Positions 18,124 to 26,907 of a DNA stretch of 44,709 nt are shown piece by piece. A program made the position numbers and the translations under genes. Source of the stretch: a virus (Duplodnaviria; Caudoviricetes). The stretch's first letter is position 1, and every line of letters starts with the position of its first letter. Location: positions 1 to 44,709 of the IMG/VR virus record IMGVR_UViG_3300037424_001364; one strand, written 5' to 3'. The notes below the pieces were generated by a model that saw nothing but the letters and a program-made list of their open reading frames with translations, did not search any database and was not told where the DNA came from.

Positions 18124-20406
18124 CTACATTGTTTTTTCTTTCAAAATGCTTGGGGGTGGGATATAATCATCATAAACTGGTTTTTCCAAATCCTTGTAGA
18201 TGGGCTCAAAATAGCTTTTACATCTAAAATGGAGTGGTGGACTAATTTGTTCCATGGCAGAAGAACCATTTCTGTACACCTTGCCTACTAGGTTGGAACA
18301 AAGTTGGGTTTTTGGAGAAACATTCTCAAATCTATAACCCCAAATATTATCTTCAATTGACTTATAGTATTGGAGTTGCCCATAGCTGACTGCTTGGCTA
18401 ACAGAAGTGAAGTTTGCCAGTTCAACTTGATTGGCATTATCAATAAAACTGTCCATATTGTCATCAACTTGTGCTAATGTTTGTTCAAGTCCATAGCCTT
18501 TTGTGGTGGCAGTGTTAGCTGAAAGGAGTGCCAAATCTTTCATGTTTGTTAACTGTTTGTCCAAAGACAATTCAGTTTGGTTTAGGATAAAACTGGTCAA
18601 TGCCTTGGTTGGAAGATCACCTGGGTTTGTGGCCATTAATGCCTTCAAGTGGGGTGCTGCCTTTTCTTTTGAAACATTCCATGACTTCAAAGTAATTTCT
18701 GATAATTTCTGCCCCATATTTCTTTTGTAAGAGGCTACTGCATTCTGATTCAACTTAATGTCTTTTAATCCCTTTGCCAAGTTGGTTGGATTCTTTTTCA
18801 TTTGCCAACGCATTGCAGCTATAAGTTTATCAGCAATTATTTGTAGAGATGCTTTTGAAAATTTAGTTAATGACTTTACTTGGTCTTCCAAATATTGGTC
18901 TCTTTGCTTTCCAGTCTTCCAAAATTCTACAATCTCAACCTCATTAGTTGATAATTCAATCTCAGGGCTACAATCCCCACAGCCACATGATTGTAAACTA
19001 TTTTCTTCAATGCCTTCTTCAACATCTTCTGGTTCTTCATCATCTGGTGGAACATCTTCTGCCTTTGGAGCATTAGGGTCAATTGGAGGTACTGGTGCAT
19101 TTTGTTTCTCATTTTCTTGCTTGGCTCTTTCTTTTTCATTGATTTCAGAAAGTCCATACATTTCTCTAATTTGTTTTTCATCTTCAATCTGGACTTTCAA
19201 TAATCCAGAATCAATCCATAGTTTTATAATCTCAGCAAATTCTTTTGAGGCTTGTTTATTTAGATTTAATCCTCTCAATCTGAATTTAGTGGCATCTACA
19301 TTTGCCCAATTTGATTTAATTGATGGCTCTATTACTTCTTTGGTATATTGGTCTTCAATGTAGTCTACAATAAATTGTAATCCATCCATAAAGAAGTTTG
19401 ATTGGTCTGAACCTAATGAATAACTTCCACCTTTGCCTTGCTGACCTAATAAAATGAATTGAGCAAGGACAGAGATAGCCATTTGTGAATCATAGTAATT
19501 AAGAAATGTTATTATTTCAGAAATCTTAAAATCACCATTCCAGAAATCTAATTCATATGTGTTAGGGATAATCAAAGAGTCATCAACATCTGCTGAATCT
19601 CTACTTGATACTGAATCCATTAACTCTTCAAGTGCTTGATACTCAGGAGAGTCAACATGAACACTTGGTGGAACTTTAACAGTTGGTAGTCCAAGCATCT
19701 CTCTAAAGATTCCTTTCTTGGCTACTTGTGAAACTTCTTTTTTATCTTTGTATGCATAGTATGCTTGCCTGAGTAGTGATACCCCTCTTAGGTCTTCACC
19801 CTCTTTTCTGAAAGTAAAAAATACAAGGTCTTTAAAATCTATTTCAACAAGTGAGTTCCTAGAAGTTATTTGCTCTATGTATTGTTTTTCATAATCAATG
19901 CGCCTAATACTTTTTTGAATACGCTCAAGAAGTACTGGCATCATGAACTTATTATTTTCATAAGTGAATGGGGTGTAGTATTTATTAAAACAAGAGAAGC
20001 CATGCTCAAGCATACGCAATATTGTGTTTAGGGAAGGTTCAAAATTATTCTTTTTAAAAAGCCAATTAGATAAAACATCATAAACTTTTTGTTCTTCTGG
20101 TGTAATATCTTTTATTTCATCAAGGGTCCAGTTACAAGATAGGATTAAATTTTTATAAGCGGATAAGAATCCACTAACAACTCCATCACTCTTTGACATC
20201 TCTGAAAATTCAATATTGCCTAGTCTTCCAATAAGTAAAGGGTCAAATTCTGATGTAATATCATTTGCTTGGAATTGATACAAACCAGAATCCCCTGTCA
20301 TTGCTAAGCTTCTTGATGATTTGGATTCTTTAAAAGCTCTTATTTTTTCTTTTTGTCTTCTTGATTGTCTACCTAAGATTTGCGCATCATTGTTTTGTGC
20401 TGTCAT
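18124..20406 (-). CDS. Portal (Mu gp29/DUF935-like) fused to a Mu gpF-like minor head domain
   Basis: G-SLLR-AY, ILLGQQGKGGSYSLG (portal); C-terminal C..L.GK.Y...PPLHFRCKS (gpF). Confidence 0.82.
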   Translation of the reverse strand: MTAQNNDAQILGRQSRRQKEKIRAFKESKSSRSLAMTGDSGLYQFQANDITSEFDPLLIGRLGNIEFSEMSKSDGVVSGFLSAYKNLILSCNWTLDEIKDITPEEQKVYDVLSNWLFKKNNFEPSLNTILRMLEHGFSCFNKYYTPFTYENNKFMMPVLLERIQKSIRRIDYEKQYIEQITSRNSLVEIDFKDLVFFTFRKEGEDLRGVSLLRQAYYAYKDKKEVSQVAKKGIFREMLGLPTVKVPPSVHVDSPEYQALEELMDSVSSRDSADVDDSLIIPNTYELDFWNGDFKISEIITFLNYYDSQMAISVLAQFILLGQQGKGGSYSLGSDQSNFFMDGLQFIVDYIEDQYTKEVIEPSIKSNWANVDATKFRLRGLNLNKQASKEFAEIIKLWIDSGLLKVQIEDEKQIREMYGLSEINEKERAKQENEKQNAPVPPIDPNAPKAEDVPPDDEEPEDVEEGIEENSLQSCGCGDCSPEIELSTNEVEIVEFWKTGKQRDQYLEDQVKSLTKFSKASLQIIADKLIAAMRWQMKKNPTNLAKGLKDIKLNQNAVASYKRNMGQKLSEITLKSWNVSKEKAAPHLKALMATNPGDLPTKALTSFILNQTELSLDKQLTNMKDLALLSANTATTKGYGLEQTLAQVDDNMDSFIDNANQVELANFTSVSQAVSYGQLQYYKSIEDNIWGYRFENVSPKTQLCSNLVGKVYRNGSSAMEQISPPLHFRCKSYFEPIYKDLEKPVYDDYIPPPSILKEKTM

Positions 20407-21920
20407 TATCTTCTCCCTGATTTTCTTCTTCTCTTGGCCATTTGCCTCTGTTGACGTTCTATATTATTGTTTATTATTTCTGATTCGTCTACACCATTCA
20501 TGTCAGGAATCCCAATTTCTACTCCATCACACATGGCATCAATCTGGTCATCGTGCTTATGGGACATTTCCGGATGAAAGTCTTCACACTCAATATAAAA
20601 ATCTTGCATGAATGGAGCATCCAGTGGAACAAAAATATATCCAGAGGATAACTTTGGTAAAAGAATGTCCAAAACTCTTTCAAGCTTTGATCTATTCCTT
20701 TGAACTGGAATTATTGGAATCTTTCCCTCTTTTTGAGCTTCTTGAATTAGTTGAGTGCCTGAACTCTTATCTTCAACATAAGCTGCTGTGAGAGGCCCAT
20801 ATTTATTCCTATCTAATGCATGTAAGTGTTTTGTCCAAAAAGAAACGAACTTAATTTTCAAATCGTTGTATTTTAACTTTTTTCTATACTGATCAATCAG
20901 GTATAGGTAATTGTCATTGCCTACCCCCCAGCATTGAAAAACAGTATAATCATTTATTTCTTTATCTTTGGTTGCAGTATCTACTGTAATAAATCTTCTC
21001 TTACAATATGGTAAAACAGAGTAATGTTTAAATAACTCTGTTTTAATTAAATTACCACCAAGCTTTATTGGTTGTTGTAGATATTGAGCAGTAAACATCT
21101 CATGTTTCTTTGACAATCTTTCAAGAGCTTCAAGGTCATGCTTTGCTGGCCATAGTGGAGTCCCATCAGAATTGATGGCTGAAAGGTTTATTGTGAACCA
21201 CTCATCTGGTTCTTCCACTTCTACATATCCTGCTAAGTCTTCTGGATGAAGTCTTTGCATAATCATAATGCATGGAGTATTACTATTATTAAAGCGAGAA
21301 GAGAGAGTTCCATCATAGTAATCAATGCACTCTTGCCTTGCTACTTTTCTGTGACGATCTTGAGCCTTGAGTGGATCATCAATAATAATAGCTCCATTGA
21401 ACTCCCATTCTGTTTTAGAAACATAGCCCTCTAATTTGCCAGCACCAAATCCTGTAATGGGTCCACCAAAGGAAGTAGCATACATACCACCATCATCTTC
21501 AGTCTCCCATAATTTTTTAGCATTGGTATCTTTTTTAATTTTTATGGGCCAGTAACTTTGAAATTCAAAACATGTGATCATGTCTCTTATTTCTTTGCTA
21601 CACTTAAGTGCTAATGTGTCTGAATAACTTGTATAGATAAATTGAGATGCTGGATTCCTAGCAAAGCCAGCAGCACAAAAAAGTTTTACCACTTCTGTTT
21701 TAGAATATCTTGGAGGGATATGGATTTTTAATCTTCTAATTTTTCCATCTAATACTTTTTGAAAAGCATCTGCCAATATATCATGGTGCTGACCTAATAT
21801 GAAGCTTTGTCTTGTTGCTTGTTTGAATAGCCAACGCATCATAGTCTTGAATGATGTCTCTAAAAGTTTTTTCTTTGCTTGGTGTTTAGCTGAGTATGAT
21901 TTGATAGTGAAGGCTGGCAT
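20406..21920 (-). CDS. terL: Terminase large subunit
   Basis: IPPRYSKT (Walker A), IIIDDP, IMQRLH, VDTA, EDKSSG, HDDQIDA. Confidence 0.95.
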   Translation of the reverse strand: MPAFTIKSYSAKHQAKKKLLETSFKTMMRWLFKQATRQSFILGQHHDILADAFQKVLDGKIRRLKIHIPPRYSKTEVVKLFCAAGFARNPASQFIYTSYSDTLALKCSKEIRDMITCFEFQSYWPIKIKKDTNAKKLWETEDDGGMYATSFGGPITGFGAGKLEGYVSKTEWEFNGAIIIDDPLKAQDRHRKVARQECIDYYDGTLSSRFNNSNTPCIMIMQRLHPEDLAGYVEVEEPDEWFTINLSAINSDGTPLWPAKHDLEALERLSKKHEMFTAQYLQQPIKLGGNLIKTELFKHYSVLPYCKRRFITVDTATKDKEINDYTVFQCWGVGNDNYLYLIDQYRKKLKYNDLKIKFVSFWTKHLHALDRNKYGPLTAAYVEDKSSGTQLIQEAQKEGKIPIIPVQRNRSKLERVLDILLPKLSSGYIFVPLDAPFMQDFYIECEDFHPEMSHKHDDQIDAMCDGVEIGIPDMNGVDESEIINNNIERQQRQMAKRRRKSGRR

Positions 21921-22498
21921 TAAAACTCACCTTCAAGTTCCCTTGCTGCCTCTTTGATGTCTTGCTTGCTTACTTCTATTGTTACTGGTTGTGCATTATT
22001 TATTCCTATCTCTTCTTGATATTGTCCTGAAGCCTTTAATAAAAATTCAGATAGTTTGGTATTGCTGTTTTGTATTTGTTCCAAAAGCCTTTCATAATCA
22101 GTAGCATCTCTTTTGTATTCCCTTTTTAATTTTGCAACTTCTTTTTCAATACTTTCTGGCAACTCTTTGTGGTCTTCTCTTTCCTCATATTCTTTTTTAT
22201 CTAATTTATAAAGTGCCAAAGCATCTTCATAGGCAATTCTGCTCTCTTCTAAAAATTTAAAACGTAATGATGCTTGTCTCTCAAGTCTCACTGACACTTC
22301 ATACATAGACCAAAGCAAATATTGAAAGCGTGTTACTGGAGTGCCACTGATAGTGTCAATGGTTTTATCCATAAACTCTCTAACAATGGTGCGTGCATTC
22401 TTCATTCCCTTTGGGTAACCATTGGGATTGCGCACCTCACCTTTTTGTATTGGGTTGGATACTAGATTTTTTTTACTTGCCTCTGATACTTTGGACAT
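21920..22498 (-). CDS. terS: Terminase small subunit
   Basis: KGEVRNPNGYPKG (DUF5681-like) motif; directly upstream of terL. Confidence 0.75.
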   Translation of the reverse strand: MSKVSEASKKNLVSNPIQKGEVRNPNGYPKGMKNARTIVREFMDKTIDTISGTPVTRFQYLLWSMYEVSVRLERQASLRFKFLEESRIAYEDALALYKLDKKEYEEREDHKELPESIEKEVAKLKREYKRDATDYERLLEQIQNSNTKLSEFLLKASGQYQEEIGINNAQPVTIEVSKQDIKEAARELEGEF

Positions 22499-22621
22499 TT
22501 CATTTTCCTTCCACTCTTTATGTTAGCTGAAAAAATATGAAACAGAAAGGGTGAATTTTAGAGCTGAAAGGATTGTCAACAGACCCAAGCCTAAAGTTGT
22601 CCATTTTCATTCTCTAATATA

Positions 22622-22899
22622 TATAGAGAAATATTTTTTTGAAAAATAATTCCAATCAAAATTTCCTTTCAGCATTTCAAAACCCACTGAAATTAGTCAT
22701 TCAGGTAAACCTAATGATTTCAATAGAGTACCGGATGTAATTTTAACAGTAGTTTAAAGGAACCATAGTAGAACCAAAGAAAAGGTAATATTCACAAGGG
22801 GTTACATACTGTGGTTCTGGAGTTCCATCAGTTCTGCCATAAAAAAAAAAAAAATATAATTTCATTTGGAATTATTTTTACAAAAAATATTTCTCTATA
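22622..22899. repeat. 34-bp inverted repeat (22622-22655 / 22866-22899, 32/34 identical) around a 210-bp spacer
   Basis: TATAGAGAAATATTTTTT(TG/GT)AAAAATAATTCCAA on opposite strands. Confidence 0.9.
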
Positions 22900-23182
22900 G
22901 TATATAGGGAAAAAGAACCACAAGACCTTTTTACAATGACTTAACATTCAACCCCTAGCATTAAAGTTCCTCCATAAAACATAATGCGAAACATTGTTAT
23001 AATTTATAATGCTCAGCACCTAATCTTAAAACTATAGACTCTCAGCATTATTTATTTCAAATAATCTATAACTCCAAGCATTATAAACTAAGAAAAAAAA
23101 ATCTTATGGAGTTACTTTTCATATCTTTTCTAGTAAAAACATTCTATTCACTTCTTGAATATCCATCAACTGGGAGGCATTT

Positions 23183-23890
23183 TTGGATAAAATATCTTTA
23201 GAAGAACTCAAAGAAATAAAAAATTTTAGGATAAAAGCAGAAAATATTAGATGCCTTTTTGGGGATAAATCCTACAATGAATGTAGAAAAAAAGGGAAAA
23301 ATATTGCCTATGTTTGTGATCCAAATCCAACCCATTCATGGTTAGCATCAAGAAAAGATACCAATTCATTTAAATATGTTTTTGATTATAATATGACAGA
23401 AGAGGTAATTGATATTGCTATTGAAAAGAATCCAATGAACATACAATTCATCCCAACAGAATTGAGAAGCTTTGAAGTTTGTCTCAAAGCAATAAAGTTA
23501 AATTGGAAAGCAATCCTTTACATACCATCAGATTTAAGAAAATGTCAGATTGCTACTGAAGCAGTCAAAGGGAGTGCAGAAGCATTAGCATATATACCAA
23601 GCAAACATCAGACACCAGATGTAATTATGGAGGCAATTCAAAAAAACTTCCTTTCAGCTCAATTTGCTGATTCAGAAGCATTTTCATTTTTTGAAAAATA
23701 TATCAATTCAGCTGAAGGGATTGATGTTTTTATTGATGAATTCAATAAGGTGATTAAAGATAAAGATGAAGCAAAAGAAAATGAAAGATTGGATAAGATA
23801 CAAAAAGATATTGAAAGAAAAAATAAACCACTGTCAGATTATCAGAAGAGAATAAAAGATTATAGGAATGGACTAGGAAATAATGAGTAA
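23183..23890 (+). CDS. DUF4116-like helical repeat protein
   Basis: Repeats of type AI--N--AI-YIP-ELR; GGAGG RBS with TTG start. Confidence 0.65.
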   Translation: MDKISLEELKEIKNFRIKAENIRCLFGDKSYNECRKKGKNIAYVCDPNPTHSWLASRKDTNSFKYVFDYNMTEEVIDIAIEKNPMNIQFIPTELRSFEVCLKAIKLNWKAILYIPSDLRKCQIATEAVKGSAEALAYIPSKHQTPDVIMEAIQKNFLSAQFADSEAFSFFEKYINSAEGIDVFIDEFNKVIKDKDEAKENERLDKIQKDIERKNKPLSDYQKRIKDYRNGLGNNE

Positions 23891-23914
23891 TTGCATTTTA
23901 CTTTGGAGGGAATA

Positions 23915-24154
23915 ATGGAAGAATTAAAAAGTTTAATGGAGCTGGAGGAAGGGAACATTTATGAGCATGATGGATATAGGTACCGAGTGCACAATAAAGT
24001 ATTAGAAACAGAAGTGGGGCAATTTGAACAAACGCTAACAGGTATCCATTCATCGAATAAGGAATGGGGTGACTTCTATTTTTATGGCACCCCACCCCAT
24101 CCCAATAAGAAATATTTCAAGGAAGTAAAGCAAAAAAGTAAAGCAAAAAAGTAA
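23915..24154 (+). CDS. Hypothetical protein
   Basis: GGAGG RBS before the ATG at 23915. Confidence 0.55.
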   Translation: MEELKSLMELEEGNIYEHDGYRYRVHNKVLETEVGQFEQTLTGIHSSNKEWGDFYFYGTPPHPNKKYFKEVKQKSKAKK

Positions 24155-24270
24155 AGCAAAAAAGGAAAGCAAAAAAGGAAAGCAAAAAAGGAAAGTAAAA
24201 ATGGTGTGTGCGCTAGCATAATCCTGTCTGCTATTTCACTACAATTCTTATCAAATTCTTTTCTGTTCAT
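24082..24270 (-). pseudogene. Probable gene remnant (MNRKEFDK...) running into the 13-bp repeat
   Basis: GGAG RBS and a plausible N-terminus, then low-complexity repeat-derived sequence. Confidence 0.35.
24125..24201. repeat. 13-bp tandem repeat G(T/G)AAAGCAAAAAA, five copies plus one partial
   Basis: Read directly from the sequence; at the junction of convergent genes. Confidence 0.9.
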
Positions 24271-24283
24271 CTTAGTTTCTCCA

Positions 24284-24559
24284 CTATGAAGGAATTAATA
24301 TTTCTGGTTCATATTTATTTTTTAAATCATCGTAATCGTTCTGCCATTGTTCCGCCAATAGCCTATATTTAAAAGCCTCGTTTCGATATCCAATCATTCC
24401 AGATTTTCTAAAGTTGTGCTCGTCACTAAGCACCTTAAAACAATGTTCTTTTTCTGCGCATCCATCTAAGTTGCACTCCCCAAAAGTGTTCAAGTTTATG
24501 CAGTATCTTGAGCATCTCATTTTTATTTCTCCCTTTTTATCAAATTCTTTTCTGTTCAT
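24284..24559 (-). CDS. Small Cys-rich hypothetical protein (alternative start at 24520, MRCSRYC)
   Basis: RBS before both ATGs. Confidence 0.6.
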   Translation of the reverse strand: MNRKEFDKKGEIKMRCSRYCINLNTFGECNLDGCAEKEHCFKVLSDEHNFRKSGMIGYRNEAFKYRLLAEQWQNDYDDLKNKYEPEILIPS

Positions 24560-24644
24560 TTCAGTTCCTCCTTATTAAAACTTCTCATATAATTTTCTTT
24601 CCCTGTCAGTTGAGATTCTCCCGTCAAAAATTACAATCATCGAA

Positions 24645-24809
24645 TCATGCATCATTTCTTCTTGTTGGAGTCTTTTCTGGTTTTAAAAATCTATCCAATG
24701 CCCCTTGCGAAAAATCAAATTCTAGAATGTTTCCACACCTAGTACATACGTATGTACTAGGTGAAATAGCTCGGTGCCCTACTGAGCATTTACACATTTT
24801 TTTGTTCAT
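24645..24809 (-). CDS. 54-aa zinc-finger protein (not in the ORF track)
   Basis: MNKKMCKCSVGH...YVCTRCG; GGAG RBS; ATGA overlap with the upstream gene. Confidence 0.6.
   Translation of the reverse strand: MNKKMCKCSVGHRAISPSTYVCTRCGNILEFDFSQGALDRFLKPEKTPTRRNDA
24736..24763. repeat. Perfect 28-bp palindrome CACCTAGTACATAC-GTATGTACTAGGTG
   Basis: Read directly from the sequence. Confidence 0.95.
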
Positions 24810-25567
24810 CTTAATTTCTCCAGTTCGTTATTTCTGTGAAAATTCTTTTCGATAAATTCAATCTGCTCTTCAGTGGCAATTTCTTTTTGAATGACAAGCG
24901 CATGATACAAAAGTTGTGCTTTCAATTTATCATCAAGTTTTATGCTAGAGTGTGCAGTTCCACACCACAGAGGCCAGGCAGAGAAATCTAAGTTTGCTTT
25001 GATCAAGTTTGCATTGATCAAGTTTGCATTGCTCAAGTCAGCATGTCTCAAGTCAGCATAGCTCAAGTTTGCATTGCTCAAGTTTGCACTGCTCAAGTCA
25101 GCATAGCGCAAGTTTGCTTTGCTCAAGTTTGCATTGATCAAGTTTGCTTTGATCAAGTTTGCACTGCTCAAGTTTGCTTCGCGCAAGTCAGCATTGCTCA
25201 AGTTTGCATCGCGCAAGTCAGCATGGCGCAAGTTTGCATAGTTCAAGTTTGCTTCGCGCAAGTTTGCTTCGCGCAAGTTTGCACAGCTCAAGTTTGCATA
25301 GCTCAAGTTTGCATTGCTCAAATTAGCTCTGTTCAAGTTTGCATTGCTCAAGTCAGCATGTCTCAAGTCAGCATAGCTCAAGTTTGCATTGCTCAAGTTT
25401 GCACTGCTCAAGTCAGCATAGCTCAAGTTTGCATTGCTCAAGTTTGCATTGCTCAAGTCAGCATGTCTCAAGTCAGCATGTCTCAAGTCAGCTCTCTCAC
25501 CACCCTCCTTGTCTTCAAGCAACAAATTGTGTTTTTTTAAAATCTCATTTAATTTTTCTTGGTTCAT
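24806..25567 (-). CDS. Pentapeptide repeat protein
   Basis: More than 30 A(D/N)Lxx repeats; LxxILxxHxxxL...GGERADL N-cap. Confidence 0.95.
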   Translation of the reverse strand: MNQEKLNEILKKHNLLLEDKEGGERADLRHADLRHADLSNANLSNANLSYADLSSANLSNANLSYADLRHADLSNANLNRANLSNANLSYANLSCANLREANLREANLNYANLRHADLRDANLSNADLREANLSSANLIKANLINANLSKANLRYADLSSANLSNANLSYADLRHADLSNANLINANLIKANLDFSAWPLWCGTAHSSIKLDDKLKAQLLYHALVIQKEIATEEQIEFIEKNFHRNNELEKLR

Positions 25568-25832
25568 TATTTTCTCCAGTTTTTATAATTGTTCTTTGAA
25601 TTAAATACTCTTTATAATCCTCAACCATAGCAAGAATGATATGTCCATATGGAATCATAAAAACATCAGCAAAAAGTTTTATTTTATCCTTGTGGATTGT
25701 TACTCTTCCTCTTTCCAAACCACTAATGTTGTTAGAATTTTTATAGCCTAATAGCTTTGCCAAATCTTCTTGGGTCCAGCCATTAGCAAGCCTTTCATTT
25801 CTAATTAATGTAGCAGTATGCCCAAATCTCAT
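25545..25832 (-). CDS. XRE-family HTH transcriptional regulator
   Basis: IRNERLANGWTQEDLAKLLGY...ISGLERG. Confidence 0.88.
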   Translation of the reverse strand: MRFGHTATLIRNERLANGWTQEDLAKLLGYKNSNNISGLERGRVTIHKDKIKLFADVFMIPYGHIILAMVEDYKEYLIQRTIIKTGENNEPRKIK

Positions 25833-25842
25833 AACTTACTCC

Positions 25843-25998
25843 TTATGCTAGTTTTTTTTTTACACCTTCATCATTCCACTTTACACTCTTGCAGTATGGG
25901 CACATTCTTGGGTCTTTTTTATCATAGTATTTTTTCTTAATCCAAATCCAACTGCACCTGTTACATATGAACTGAACTACTTTTACATTTTTTTTCAT
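25843..25998 (-). CDS. 51-aa zinc-ribbon protein (not in the ORF track)
   Basis: CNRCSWIW...PRMCPYCKSVKW; GAGGGG RBS. Confidence 0.7.
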   Translation of the reverse strand: MKKNVKVVQFICNRCSWIWIKKKYYDKKDPRMCPYCKSVKWNDEGVKKKLA

Positions 25999-26069
25999 AA
26001 ATCACCCCTCGTTTTTGTTTTACTAGTTTTGCATTTGGTAGGTTATTAAAATTGTTTGCTATCATAATT

Positions 26070-26423
26070 TTACTCTTCTATTTCTTTCCTTGATTTTCTA
26101 GCAGAACGCGCCGCGCTTCCTCTGTTGTGTTTTTCAGATAATATTTTCGCTCTCTCTTTTTCATCTTTCCACTCTGCTCTCAGGCACCCATTTCGATATA
26201 AATTTCGGCCCTTAATCAAAATAATTGATTCGTCGGAAAGTCGCAAAGTAAAGGTGTGTTGCTGCTTTTTGTCTCCATAAGAATCACGAATAATTTCTCC
26301 TTCAATTGTTTCATTATGTGAGAATTTAGGCTTTTTGAAACTTCCTGTAAAAACTGCTCTCTCAAACTTTACTTGATCTCCAACACAAGCATCGCCAGTA
26401 CAATCAACAGTGTAAGTTTTCAT
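26070..26423 (-). CDS. Protein resembling the C-terminal domain of plant CCCH zinc-finger protein 62
   Basis: CTGDAC-GD-V-F, SYG--KQQHTFT, IKGRNLYR, W-DE-ER---L-EKH-RG-AAR (recalled similarity). Confidence 0.65.
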   Translation of the reverse strand: MKTYTVDCTGDACVGDQVKFERAVFTGSFKKPKFSHNETIEGEIIRDSYGDKKQQHTFTLRLSDESIILIKGRNLYRNGCLRAEWKDEKERAKILSEKHNRGSAARSARKSRKEIEE

Positions 26424-26455
26424 TTTATTTGCTCCAGTTGTTGAAAAGACATATA

Positions 26456-26635
26456 CTATAAGTCTTCTTCGTAAATTTCAATTTCGTCATTTGGAAAACC
26501 AGTTTGGAACTCATCTTCGATGTACTCTCGCACATCGTCAGAGATATAAAAGTTACCAAAAATCTCGGATTCCTCGTCCGGTTCAGATTTTAAGCAAATA
26601 ATTTTTCCTTTAAAGGATGCGAATAAAGCTTTCAT
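26456..26635 (-). CDS. 59-aa acidic hypothetical protein (not in the ORF track)
   Basis: AAGGAG RBS; MKALFASFKGK...EEDL. Confidence 0.6.
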   Translation of the reverse strand: MKALFASFKGKIICLKSEPDEESEIFGNFYISDDVREYIEDEFQTGFPNDEIEIYEEDL

Positions 26636-26663
26636 TTTTGTCTCCTTGTTTATCTATATATAC

Positions 26664-26894
26664 CTATGAAGTATAGCTATTTAATAAATCCAACAAAGTT
26701 ATCCCTTCATAACCATCATTTTCTAATTCAGATAAAATATAATCCAATTCTTTACCAATATACTTAGCAGCAATCTCAACTCCACCCAAATCACCAATAC
26801 AGATTTTAATCATTTCTATCCTTTTATGCTCACCTTCTTGGGCTGGGATAGGTCCATTAATGATTAAATCAATTAAATCTTTTACTGGGTTCAT
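26664..26894 (-). CDS. Hypothetical protein
   Basis: AAGGA RBS; ORF track. Confidence 0.55.
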   Translation of the reverse strand: MNPVKDLIDLIINGPIPAQEGEHKRIEMIKICIGDLGGVEIAAKYIGKELDYILSELENDGYEGITLLDLLNSYTS

Positions 26895-26907
26895 TTCTTA
26901 ATCCTTA

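Noticed and set aside
2087-22498. Numerous short plus-strand ORFs across the structural operon
   Set aside because: They are antisense to well-supported genes and show no recognisable motifs
24736-24763. Palindrome as a protelomerase (telRL) site
   Set aside because: No protelomerase or partition genes recognised, and the site is inside a small ORF
24125-25490. Tandem repeats as a CRISPR or mini-array
   Set aside because: The units are contiguous with no unique spacers, and there are no cas genes
25043-25599. Plus-strand AQVCI- and SSLHC-repeat ORFs
   Set aside because: Antisense shadows of the pentapeptide-repeat gene
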